Origin: Octopus sinensis | Lineage: Eukaryota | Direction: 5' to 3' | DNA: 31,860 nt | NCBI RefSeq assembly: GCF_006345805.1 | Contig: NW_021829659.1 | Span: 1-31,860 of the forward strand | In this document: one piece after another, positions 1-11,689 of the stretch | How positions within the stretch are numbered: the stretch's first letter is position 1 | Layout: every line of letters begins with the position of its first letter | Notes under the pieces: generated by a model | Told to the model about the DNA's origin: nothing | Databases searched by the model: none | Seen by the model: only the letters and a program-made list of their open reading frames with translations | Translations under genes and position numbers: made by a program

Positions 1-92
1 ACAGCCACTCCTGCGCATATAGGAGAAAAAAACATTATAAAACCTAGAAAATTACAGGACAAGTTATTACATCCACAAATTCCAAAATTCCT

Positions 93-852
93 CATCATCA
101 TCATCGTCGTTTAATGTCCGCTTTCCATGCTAGCATGGGTTGGACGATTTTGACTGTGGGCTGGCGAAGCAGATGGCTGCACCAGGCTCCAATCTTGATC
201 TGGCAGAGTTTCTACAGCTGGATGCCCTTCCTAACGCCAACCATTCCGAGAGTGTAGTGGGTGCTTTTTACGTGCCACCGGCACGGAGGCCAGTCAGGCG
301 GTACTGGCAAAAACCTCGCTCGAATGGTGCCCGTTTACGTGCCACTGGCACGGGGGCCAGTCAGGCGGTACTGGCAAAAACCTCGCTCGAATGGTGCCCT
401 TTTACGTGCCACTGGCACGGGGGCCAGTTGGCTGCTCTGGCAACGATCACGCTCGGATGGTGCTCTTCCCTTTTACGTGCCACTGGCACGGGGGCCAGTT
501 GGCTGCTCTGGCAACGATCACGCTCGGATGGTGCTCTTCCCTTTTACGTGCCACTGGCACGGGGGCCAGCTGGATGCTCTGGCAACGATCACGCTCGGAT
601 GGTGCTCTTCCCTTTTACGTGCCACTGGCACGGGGGCCAGTTGGCTGCTCTGGCAACGATCACGCTCGGATGGTGCTCTTCCCTTTTACGTGCCACTGGC
701 ATGGGGGCCAGCTGGCTGCTCTGGCAACGATCAAGCTCGGATGGTGCTCTTGGCACCCTACTAGCACGGGCACAAGTGCTAGTAAGGCGATGCTGATAGC
801 GATCACACTCGAATGGTGCCCTTTAATATGCCACTGGCACGGAAGCCGGTTA

Positions 853-857
<5 letters not shown>
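93..857 (-). mobile_element. 3' end of a non-LTR retroelement/SINE with (GAT)n tail and internal tandem array
   Basis: (CAT)n at ~93-110 followed by gtttaatgtccgctttccatgctagcatgggttggacg and ggatgcccttcctaacgccaacc, which I recall as RTE-related 3' ends in invertebrates. No recognisable protein. Confidence 0.55.
265..845. repeat. Minisatellite: 2 x 67 bp + 5 x 71 bp + 2 degenerate units
   Basis: cgtgcc anchors at 271, 338, 405, 476, 547, 618, 689. Each unit carries a cgtgcc-act-ggcacg hairpin. Confidence 0.9.
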
Positions 858-889
<32 letters not shown>

Positions 890-892
890 CTA

Positions 893-928
<36 letters not shown>

Positions 929-1142
929 TATAGACAATTTACGAGGAAATAGATAAGCGATTTAGCCACACACCAGACAGCCTAATCTACCATATACTGG
1001 GTCCCCAGGCGTTCCAGTTGATTTATGACACCTACCACTTAGGCTTCTACAACCAGAATATGTCATCTTTCTGACCACCATGTTAGTTCGTAACCACTTT
1101 ATATCCCTTATCCTTATATTCTTTTATATTTTTATATTTTTA

Positions 1143-1743
1143 CTAGCAGTATCGCCCGGCGTTGCTCGGGTTTGTAAGGGAAATAACTATAAAGCATTTT
1201 TAGAGAGTTATAGCCAAAAAACAGCAAAAAAATGGAAAAAAAAATTATGGTAAATTTTTTTTGATAGTTAAAAAAGGTGGAGTTGCGTCCCCTACACAGT
1301 TTGTGGTTTGTGTTCCTGATTCTCGACCCCATGTCGAATTTATCGATTTTTTTCAGAACTGGGGGAACTATAAAAAAATATAAAAAGATAAAAAAATTAA
1401 AAAAATATAAAAGTAGAAATATAAAATATAAAAATATAAAGAAATATAAAGAAGTATGAAAGAATATAAAAATATAAAAAAATATAAGAAAATATCAAAA
1501 GTATAGAAGGATATCTCTCTATATAAACGGCAGTTTGTCTGTGTGCGTGTCTGTGTGTCTGTCAGGTTGTACCCTCACCCTGACCAGGGCTTTCAACCGA
1601 TTTAGTTAGTTTTGAATTATGACATTGGGCTATGTGTGTGTCAAGTTTCATCAGAATCGGTTGAAAGCCGTGGTCAGGGTGAGGGTACAACCTGACAGAC
1701 ACACAGACACGCACACAGACAAACTGCCATTTATATAGAGAGA
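1143..1743 (-). mobile_element. Non-autonomous Helitron
   Basis: Minus strand starts A|TCTCTCTATATAAA and ends with the cccgagcaacgccggg hairpin plus CTAG|T. The 3' end is shared with four plus-strand copies in the window. Confidence 0.75.
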
Positions 1744-1888
1744 TATCCTTCTATACTTTTGATATTTTCTTATATTTTTTTATATTTTTATATTCTTTCA
1801 TACTTCTTTATATTTCTTTATATTTTTATATTTTATATTTCTACTTTTATATTTTTTAAATTTTTTTATCTTTTTATATTTTTTTATA
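1369..1888. repeat. Long inverted repeat, 234-bp arms, 52-bp spacer
   Basis: 1369-1602 is the reverse complement of 1655-1888, with 3 mismatches by manual comparison. Confidence 0.9.
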
Positions 1889-2244
1889 TTTTTTTATCTT
1901 TCGTCCTTAATTCTCGCCCATCTATCTTTATCCCTATGTATTTATATATTTATTCATTTATTTATTTATATTACCTCAACATCCAAGCTTCCTCATTCTA
2001 CATTGAGAGAAGGACGGGATGGACGCTTCATTTTTGTGCTGGTGCCCCACTATGTCGTACGCGACTGAGAGGATTTGCATCCCCAACATAGAATTTATGA
2101 TATAATACATGTCCTTGAAGTAGTAATTGTGCGCGGCTGAAGAAGGCCATAGACAAACATTATGCATTGTTATAAATCTGTCTGATAAGTCCCGAAACAT
2201 ATGTACCGCTGAATTCTTGGCATCATTTTTTATTTTGATTAATT

Positions 2245-2902
<658 letters not shown>

Positions 2903-3353
2903 TAGTGGATCTTGCAAGCATGACGTGGATTCGATCCACCACAGCCAAATTTAAATTAACACTGCAACAAAACTTTTCCCACGGTGGAACAATGGTTTTT
3001 CTCTGACAGCAGTTTTACATTTTCCAGATGCCCTTAGCTAGGCCGAAATATTGTCTTCACCACTTGACCCTTTCTAACTTCATCTACTCCACCAAAAGCT
3101 AGAATAGAGATAACAAGACCACCAACTAAATCTATTGTTCTCAGTGATATGTCTATCCTTCTGGATAGTTATAAAAGCATAAACCCCAAGTAAAAAGGAG
3201 TCCAGTCCCATGGTAACGACTAAACCGGTTAGTCACTGCAGTGACAGCTCAGTGAGAATGAGTACGTCCTCTTGTACTAACTTATATCTCCCTCCACCCC
3301 TACACACACAATAACACTATTAAAAGAGACAAAGATTCCCGAAAAAGTTCAAT

Positions 3354-3386
3354 CTGACGACTCCACCAGAATGGACGAAAGCGCTA
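3354..3386 (+). ncRNA. Minimal type I hammerhead-like motif, degenerate
   Basis: CTGACGA-ctcca/ccagaa/tggac-GAAA-GCGC-TA, with palindromic stem III AGCGCT. G10.1 is C and stem I is weak. Confidence 0.45.
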
Positions 3387-3514
3387 ATATATAATATATG
3401 ATGTATAAAAAGATGTAATATGCAAATAAATATCTGTAAATATAAAACCATCCAAATTTCTGAGTACCTCATTTCTTCTAATATAAAATACCTGTACATC
3501 ATCTCCAAACCTCC

Positions 3515-3584
<70 letters not shown>

Positions 3585-3588
3585 GTTG

Positions 3589-3630
<42 letters not shown>

Positions 3631-3661
3631 ATATATACATACATACATACATATATATACA

Positions 3662-3745
3662 ATGGTATCATTTCAAATAGGTTTCAGTACCTTTTTTTAT
3701 CATTCCTAGAGATCCTACAATCACTGGTACTGTAGTCACCTTGAG

Positions 3746-3792
<47 letters not shown>

Positions 3793-3795
3793 CAT
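3662..3795 (-). mobile_element. Short C-terminal fragment of an R4/Dong-like (RLE) LINE in an (ATT)n tract
   Basis: Translates LKVTTVPVIVGSLGMIKKGTETYLK, matching LKTETIPIIVGALGMIK in the copy at 22860-23361. Confidence 0.65.
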
Positions 3796-4354
3796 CATCA
3801 CCATTCTGAAATATAAAAGCTACCCCGAAGGAAAAAAGACATTTTTCATATTTTGCCCGTTTAACACACATTTATGCAACACTTTCTCACCTTTTAAGAG
3901 TTAATATTTATAGACTTGTAATAAATTGCAGATAACATACGAAGCATATTCGTAATACCAGCCAAATGTGTATCATTGGATATCAAATCTTGTGTCCCAA
4001 AACATAGTTTGCTGTTGATCCTCCAGACTTTATCCACCCTTTGACTGGTTTTGTTTTTCATCCGCTAAAATATCCAAAAGCCACCTTAATCATCAATGGT
4101 GTTCCTATTTTAATCTCCGACGGCTCGACCATGCTACAGGTTGAACTGGGTTACAAATTTTCTATTTGCAAGCTAGAATAGAGATAACAAGACCACCAAA
4201 CTAAATCTATTGTACTCAATGATATGTCTATCCTTCTGGATAGTTATAAAAGCATAAACTCACCATGGCACTGGACTCCTTTTATGATTTAATAACTTCT
4301 GCATTTGTGTTGTTAATTCGTGTATATGAACGACTAGCTGCAGGATGAAGGCGA

Positions 4355-4521
4355 CTAAACGAAAGACAACGAATGTTGGGTTAGCTGCTGTTCGGCAGAA
4401 ATGCTTTGTGGATTGTTTATAAGGTGAAGGCAGGAAAGTATACGTAAATTGACTAGAAGAATAAATATCCAACCGAAAGAGAAATCGATATAAATTCCAG
4501 AGTGGGTAACTAAAAAAAGAT
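4355..4521 (-). CDS. Putative last coding exon (6) of the PAN-domain secreted protein
   Basis: Acceptor tctttcagttttcaatatgtag|AT; phase 1 matches exon 5. Reads (D)LFLVTHSGIYIDFSFGWIFILLVNLRILSCLHLINNPQSISAEQQLTQHSLSFV*. The FxV..GW spacing fits my recollection of the family. Confidence 0.5.
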
Positions 4522-4579
4522 CTACATATTGAAAACTGAAAGACACTGCCCAACCAGTGAAAAGAAAAGGAATTAAGTT

Positions 4580-5231
4580 GGATCTTTTCGGTTTGACCGG
4601 CAGTTTTTTAAAATAATTTCCACGTAACTAAACACTTTTAAACTTCGTATACTGGTAGAATGTGTTTATAAAACATCTTTTTCTCTTGGCTTTATTGAGA
4701 AAATTCTATAGTTTGTAAGATATTTGGGTCTTTTCGGTTTGAACGGCAGTTTTTTAAAATAATTTCCACGTAACTAAATACTTTTATACTTCCTATACTG
4801 GTAGAATGTGTTTATAAAACATCTTTTTCTCTTGGCTTTATTGAGAAAATTCTATAGTTTGTAAGATATTTAGGATCTTTTCGGTTTGAACGGTAGTTTT
4901 TAAAAATAATTTCCATGTAACTAAACACTTTTAAATTTCCTATACTGGTAGAATGTGTTTATAAAACATCTTTTTCTCTTGGCTTTATTGAGAAAATCCT
5001 ATAGTTTGTAAGATATTTATTGGTTTTTTCTTCAGTTTCTGCAATTTCAACCAATCAATGACGTCTATTGGGGTAAAAAACATTCTGTGCCGTATGAATA
5101 TGTCCCTTGTTTAAGAAACAGATCGGGTTTATTTACATTCCCCCTAACCTTAAAACAGAAGGGTCATAATTATGGGTGACAATTTCATATGACACCGCTA
5201 GAAAAAACCGCCGTTCAAACCGAAAAGATCC
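4580..5231. mobile_element. MITE with ~28-bp TIRs; left 146 bp triplicated
   Basis: ggatcttttcggtttgaacgg... at 4580, 4726 and 4873; reverse complement ...ccgttcaaaccgaaaagatcc ends at 5231. Superfamily unclear. Confidence 0.75.
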
Positions 5232-5528
5232 ATTAAGTGTCCAAGACATTTCACGGTTCAGAACAGAATGTAAAATGACAAAAAATGGTTTTACATAATC
5301 TTCAAAGAGATAAGTGAGGATCCGGTCAGCACAGTCGATATTTAATCTTCGAATATGAAATAAAATATGTTCTCTGTTTAGTCGATGCGTTGTTCTACCT
5401 TTTGGAGGTGAAGACAAAACTCTGGACAAATTTGTGGTTCGTGTCGATGATGGATTTCGAGATTTAAGCAATATTTATGGGGCGAAGAACGTCAGCAGGC
5501 GCCTTTCGCTTGTAACTCATAGTATACT

Positions 5529-5838
5529 GTGGAGGCACATGGCCTAGTGGTTAGAGCAGCGGGCTCGCAGTCGAGGGATCGTGGGTTCGAATCTCAGACT
5601 GGGCGGCATGTGTGTGTGTTTATGAGCGAAACACCTAAGCTCCAAGCGGCTCCGGCAGAAGGTGATGGCGAAACTTCTGCTGACTCTTTCACCACAACTT
5701 TCTCTCACTCTTTCCTCCTGCATCTTGCAGCTCACCTGCGACGGACCGGCGTCCCGTCCCGGTGGGGAACCTATATGCCAAGGAAACCGGGAAACCGGCC
5801 CTTATGAGCCAGTCATGGCTCGAGAAGGAACAAACAAC
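5529..5838 (+). mobile_element. tRNA-derived SINE (family C), possible V/Meta-type body
   Basis: A box tggcctagtgg, B box ggttcgaatctc, body gcgacggaccggcgtcccgtcc, (AAC)n-like tail. Confidence 0.75.
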
Positions 5839-6046
5839 ATTGTATGCTGCCATAACGAGATCTCTGTGAAAAGCATTGAATCAGAACCGAACACCAGCGC
5901 GTTTCCAAGTCAAAGCAGGAGATATTGTGCAGACGGGAAGCTCTTGTTTGAAAGATGGATAGTTGTGTAGTTCACAGATCTTTGTATGAAAGTTGTAGAA
6001 GTTCTTTTAATCGTTGATTGGGTCAGTTGCAAAACAAGATTTCTTA

Positions 6047-6277
6047 TTTCTTTACTACCCACAAGGTGCTAAACACAGAGAGGACAAACAAGGACAGACA
6101 AATGGATTAAGTCGATTACATTTACCCTAGTGCGTAACTGGTACTTATTTAATCGACCCCGAAAGGATGAAAGGCAAAGTCGACCTCGGCGGAATTTGAA
6201 CCCAGAACGCAACGGCAGACAAAATACGGCTACGCATTTCGCCCGGCGTGCTAACGTTTCTGCCGGCTCGCCGCCTT
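6047..6277 (-). mobile_element. tRNA-derived SINE (family B), full length
   Basis: 17-bp TSD caaaacaagatttctta at 6030-6046 and 6278-6294. Many copies in the window. Confidence 0.9.
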
Positions 6278-6544
6278 CAAAACAAGATTTCTTACACTGG
6301 AATCAGCCATCTGACATTAATTTTATTTGTTTGCGTCGAAACAGAGAAGAAGCAAATGTTTTAGAAAATATGACAGATGAGTCTTTTTCTCAGACAAAAA
6401 AATGTTTTATTTAACAACAATGGAAAGAATAACCTGGTTACAGAGAAAAAAAGTTCAGAAGTAAAGAAACAACAAAAATAATCACTCTTTAAAAATTACA
6501 TTCAGAAGGTAAGTACCATAAATCCTCAAGTATAGTCCGCTCTT

Positions 6545-8343
6545 GAGTATAATACACAAGGGAATTTTAGGGAGCTGTACCTCTGAAAAACCTAAACCTT
6601 TATACCGTCCGTGGTTTGTAAAACTGTATACGGTAAGGTCCTTTATTATTATTGTATATATAACATAATGCAAAGGTGTAGCTTTTTTGTGCATTTTGTT
6701 TGCAGAAAATAAAGAAATAACAGTAATAACGTTTAATAAAGATTTTTAGGGGGCTGTACCTCTGAAAAACCTAAACCTTTATAAGGTCCTTGGTTTGTAA
6801 AACTGTATACGGTAAGGTCCTTTATTATTATTGTATATATAACAAATGCAAACGTGTAGCTTTTTTTGTGCATTTTGTTGCAGAAAATAAAGAAATAACA
6901 GTATAAACGTTTTAATAAAGATTTTTAGGGGCTGTACCTCTGAAAAACCTAAACCTTTATAAGGTCCTTGGTTTGTAAAACTGTATACGGTAAGGTCCTT
7001 TATTATTATTGTATATATAACATAATGAAAACGTGTAGCTTTTTTGTGCATTTTGTTTGCAGAAAATAAAGAAATAACAGTAATAACGTTTAATAAAGAT
7101 TTTTAGGGGCTGTACCTCTGAAAAACCTAAACCTTTATAAGGTCCTTGGTTTGTAAAACTGTATACGGTAAGGTCCTTTATTATTATTGTATATATAACA
7201 TAATGCAAACGTGTAGCTTTTTTGTGCATTTTGTTTGCAGAAAATAAAGAAATAACAGTAATAACGTTTAATAAAGATTTTTAGGGGGCTGTACCTCTGA
7301 AAAACCTAAACCTTGTGTATAATACGCAGAGGATTTTTAGGGGGTACCTCTGAAAAACCTAAACCTTGTGTATAATACGCAGAGGATTTTTAGGGAGCTG
7401 TACCTCTGAAAAACCTAAACCTTTATAACGTCCTTGGTTTGTAAAAATGTATACGGTAAGGTCCTTTATTATTATTGTATATATAACATAATGCAAACGT
7501 GTAGCTTTTTTGTGCATTTTGTTTGCAGAAAATAAAGAAATAACAGTAATAACGTTTAATAAAGATTTTTAGGGGGCTGTACCTCTGAAAAACCTAAACC
7601 TTTATAAGGTCCTTGGTTTGTAAAACTGTATACGGTAAGGTCCTTTATTATTGTATATATAACATAATGCAAACGTGTAGCTTTTTTGTGCATTTTGTTT
7701 GCAGGAAATAAAGAAATAACAGTAATAACGTTTAATAAAGATTTTTAGGGGCTGTACCTCTGAAAAACCTAAACCTTTATAACGTCCTTGGTTTGTAAAA
7801 CTGTATACGGTAAGGTCCTTTATTATTATTGTATATATAACATAATGCAAACGTGTAGCTTTTTTGTGCATTTTGTTTGCAGGAAATAAAGAAATAACAG
7901 TAATAACGTTTAATAAAGATTTTTAGGGGCTGTACCTCTGAAAAACCTAAACCTTTAAGGTCCTTGGTTTGTAAAACTGTATACGGTAAGGTCCTTTATT
8001 ATTATTGTATATATAACATAATGCAAACGTGTAGCTTTTTTGTGCATTTTGTTTGCAGAAAATACAGAAATAACAGTAATAACGTTTAATAAAGATTTTT
8101 AGGGGGCTGTACCTCTGAAAAACCTAAACCTTGTGTATAATACGTGGGGTATTTTTAGGGGGCTCCACCTCTGAAAAACCTAAACCTTGTGTATGATACG
8201 CAGAGGATTTTTAGGGGGCTGTACCTCTGAAAAACCTAAACCTTGTGTCTAATACGCACCCCTTCTCTAACTTGAGTCAAGGAGGTCTATATAACGTCCT
8301 TGGTTTGTAAAAATGTATATGGTAACGTCCTTTATTATTATTG
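6545..8343. repeat. Satellite of ~178-bp and ~55-bp monomers in higher-order arrangement
   Basis: 13 occurrences of the (t/c)acctctgaaaaacctaaacc anchor, in the pattern (4 long + 2 short) x 2. Confidence 0.9.
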
Positions 8344-9261
8344 TTATATATAAAAGAGAGGTTGTGTGTCTGTCTCCTACGATTTAGATTCCTAACTACT
8401 CCCACATTTTGCAGTGCAGTTTAACCAAAACCGGGTATCTTATAGTCGTGATTCATATCGAGCACTTCTGGGTATTAGCGCGCGTCTACGATGAGTCTAC
8501 GATTTAAAAAAAAAATTACCATCAATTATTCCATTTTAATGCATTTTTTTGCTATTATATAAGGGAAGTAACTCTCTAAAAATGTCTACGATGAGTCAAC
8601 GATTAAAAAAAAAATTTACCATCATTTTTTCCCATTTTAATGCATTTTTTTCCTATTATATAAGGGAAGTAACTCTCTAAAAATGTCTACGATGAGTCAA
8701 CGATTTAAAAAAAAATTTACCATCATTTATTTTTCATTTTTAATGCATTTTTTTGCTATCTTTTGGTTATAACTCTCTAAAAATGCTTATATAGGCGCAG
8801 GAGTGGCTGTGTGGTAAGTAGCTTGCTAACCAGCTACATGGTTCCGGGTTCAGTCCCACTGTGTGGCACCTAGGGCAAGTGTCTTCTACTATAGCCCCGG
8901 GCCGACCAATGCCTTGTGAGTGGATTTGGTAGACGGAAACTGAAAGAAGCCCGTCGTATATATGTATATATATATATGTGTGCGCGTGTGTGTTTGTGTG
9001 TCTGTGTTTGTTCCCCTAGCATTGCTTGACAACCGATGCTGGTATGCTTACGTCCCCGTCACTTAGCGGTTCGGCAAAAAGAGACCGATAGAATAAGTAC
9101 TGGGCTTACAAAGAATAAGTCCCGGATCGATTTGCTCGGCTAAAGGCGGTGCTCCAGCATGGCCGCAGTCAAATGACTAAAACAAGTAAAAGAGTAAAAG
9201 AGTAAAAGAGTATATAGTTATTTCCCTTACAAACCCGAGGAACGCTGGGCGATACTGCTAG
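8344..9261 (+). mobile_element. Non-autonomous Helitron, interrupted by a SINE
   Basis: ttatatataaaag start, three internal ~100-bp repeats, 3' hairpin and CTAG|T at 9258-9262. Confidence 0.8.
8795..9210 (+). mobile_element. tRNA-derived SINE (family A), full length
   Basis: TSD tatatag at 8788-8794 and 9211-9217, restoring the Helitron sequence cttatatagttatttccc. (GTAAAAGA)n tail. Confidence 0.9.
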
Positions 9262-9489
9262 TTGTATATAATTTTTAGCCTCGTATATAGTACGCACTAG
9301 GGATTGTGACCTTTAAATTTTGGGGAAAAAAATGCGGATTATACTCGAGGATTTACGGTATTTGAACCTGAAATTTATTTCCCAACAAAAGTTTGTTGTG
9401 AAGAGTCGCCATACAGTTCTGTTAATTAGTTTAAATGATATGACTAATAAGGAGTAAACTTAGTGTTTCTCTTACATTTCATTATCGTT

Positions 9490-10574
9490 GTATGTATGTA
9501 TGTATGTATGTATGTATGTACGTTTGTATGTATGTATGTATGTGTGTGTGTATGTATGTGTGTGTATGTATGTATGTATGTATGTATGTATGTATGTATG
9601 TATGTGTGTATGTATGTATGTATGTACGTATGTATGTACGTATGTATGTATGTATGTATGTATGTATGTATGTATGTATGTAGGTAGGTATGTATTTATG
9701 TATGTATGTATGTACGTATGTATGTATGTATGTACGTATGTATGTATGTATGTATGTTGTATGTATGTATGTATGTATGTATGTATGTATGTATGTATGT
9801 ATGTATGTATGTATGTAGGTAGGTAGGTAGGTATGTATGTGCAGATTTGTGTTTTATGTATGAATTCTCATGCATATAGTCACACATCTAGACATGCTCA
9901 TATATATTTAAATGATAAACTTCTGGAAAGTTTCACAGACTTTTATTGTTCCAGTGATGGATTGGAAGTGCAGGCTTCGAATCAGCCTTCTCCCTTCTGG
10001 TTTTGACAAGCCTATGTATGTATGTATGTATGTATGTATGTATGTATGTATGTATGTATGTATGTATGTATGTATGTATGTATGTATGTATGTATGTGTG
10101 TATATATGTGTGTATGTATGTATGTATGTATGTATGTATGTATGTGTGTATATATGTATGTATGTGTGTATGTATGTATATATGTATGTACGTATGTATG
10201 TGTGTATGTGTATGTATGTATGTATGTGTGTATGTATGTATGTATGTATGTGTGTGTATGTATGTATGTATGTGTGTATGTATGTATGTGTGTATATATG
10301 TATGTATGTGTGTATGTATGTATATATGTATGTATGTATGTATGTGTGTATGTGTATGTATGTATGTATGTATGTATGTATGTGTGTGTGTATATATGTG
10401 TGTATGTATGTATGTATGTATGTATGTATGTATGTATGTGTATGCATGTGTATGTATGTATGTATGTATGTATATATGTATGTATGTATGTATGTATGCA
10501 TGTATGTGTGTATGTATGTATGTATGTGTGTATGTATGTATGCATGTATGTATGTATGTATGTATGTATGTATG

Positions 10575-10608
<34 letters not shown>

Positions 10609-11050
10609 TGTATGTACCTACGTATATATGTATGCGTGGATGTAAGTGTATATTCTAATAGAAAAGGACCGAGATGACCAGGGCTTCGAAGGTGTCAAAA
10701 ACTGAAAGAAGAAAATGAAGAGAAAAATTTGTTAAAAAGTTATGAAGTTAACTCTAAATGTCCCGACGACCACACATACATACATACATACATACATAAA
10801 TACATAAATACATAAATACATACATACATACATACATACATACACACATACATACATACATACATACATACATACATACACACATACATACATACATAAA
10901 TACATACATACATACATACATACATACATACACACACATACATATATACATACATACATACATACATACATTTTACATAATAACTACTTTACACACACAC
11001 ACACACACACACATGCGCGTACATGAGTACACACACCACACACACACATA
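9490..11050. repeat. Compound (TATG)n/(TG)n/(TACA)n microsatellites with short unique islands
   Basis: Direct reading; source of the MYVC/HTYI pseudo-ORFs. Confidence 0.95.
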
Positions 11051-11091
11051 CAATCATTTGCATTCAAAGCAAGACGACATGTTTTACTTAC

Positions 11092-11159
11092 CAGTGGATC
11101 CTCCTTTCAAAGAAATATCGTACGTTTCATCACTTCCACTTTCTCTTTTGGCTTCTAAC
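11092..11159 (-). CDS. Coding exon 5
   Basis: ctgttcag|G acceptor and CTG|GTAAGT donor; 68 nt. The only open frame is phase 2 to phase 1: LEAKRESGSDETYDISLKGGST. Confidence 0.75.
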
Positions 11160-11214
11160 CTGAACAGTACAGTTGTCTCGATATAAAAATACGGGTGACT
11201 GAAACTAATATATT

Positions 11215-11615
11215 AAAATTGATAAATTTAATAAAAAAAATAATAAATTAACTAAAAATAAATTAAATAAAAAATAAATTAAATAAAAAATAAATTAAAT
11301 AAATAAATAAAATAAATTTAATAAAAATCATTACAAATAACTTTAATAAATAAATTTAATAAAAATAAATTAAATTAAATAAAAATAATAAATTAAACAA
11401 AAATAATAAATTAAATAAAAATAAATTAAATAAAAAATAAATTAAATAAATAAATAAAATAAATTTAATAAAAATCATTACAAATAACTTTAATAAATAA
11501 ATATAATAAAAATAAATTAAATTAAATAAAAATAATAAATTAAACAAAATAATAAATTAAATAAAAATAAATTAAATAAATAAAATTAAATAAATTTAAT
11601 AAAAATCATTATAAT
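11215..11615. repeat. AT-only low-complexity tandem repeat (taaattaaataaaaa-like)
   Basis: Direct reading. Confidence 0.85.
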
Positions 11616-11689
11616 TAACACTTTTACGAATTGTATTTACAATCAATTCTGTTTAATTAAATCAATGAGATTATCATTTCGTCTCTGGA

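Larger units (their letters stand above)
2903..4290. mobile_element. Probable Penelope-like retroelement remnants
   Basis: ~100-bp direct duplication (~3095-3190 vs ~4170-4258), a 24-bp segment present in opposite orientations (3191-3215 vs 4261-4285), and hammerhead-like motifs. No intact ORF. Confidence 0.35.
6514..9360. mobile_element. Non-autonomous Tc1/mariner-superfamily (Tc2/pogo-like) element
   Basis: taccataaatcctcaagtatagtccgc (6514-6540) matches the reverse complement of 9334-9360 at 24/27. Terminal TA is consistent with a TSD; CCGTA terminus as in Tc2. Confidence 0.65.

Noticed and set aside
140-933. Three overlapping 167-218-aa ORFs
   Set aside because: The same peptides cycle through all frames because of the 71-bp repeat.
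5340-5530. Coding-looking plus-strand frame RCVVLPFGGEDKTLDKFVVRVDDGFRDL
   Set aside because: No recognisable homology or convincing splice pair. BLASTX would decide.
5529-5610. tRNA gene (also the heads of SINE families A and B)
   Set aside because: A/B boxes run into SINE bodies and tails without a complete cloverleaf or acceptor stem.
6482-7871. Repeated MHKKAT ORFs
   Set aside because: Translations of satellite monomers.
9463-10971. Long MYVC/HTYI ORFs
   Set aside because: Translations of (TATG)n microsatellites.
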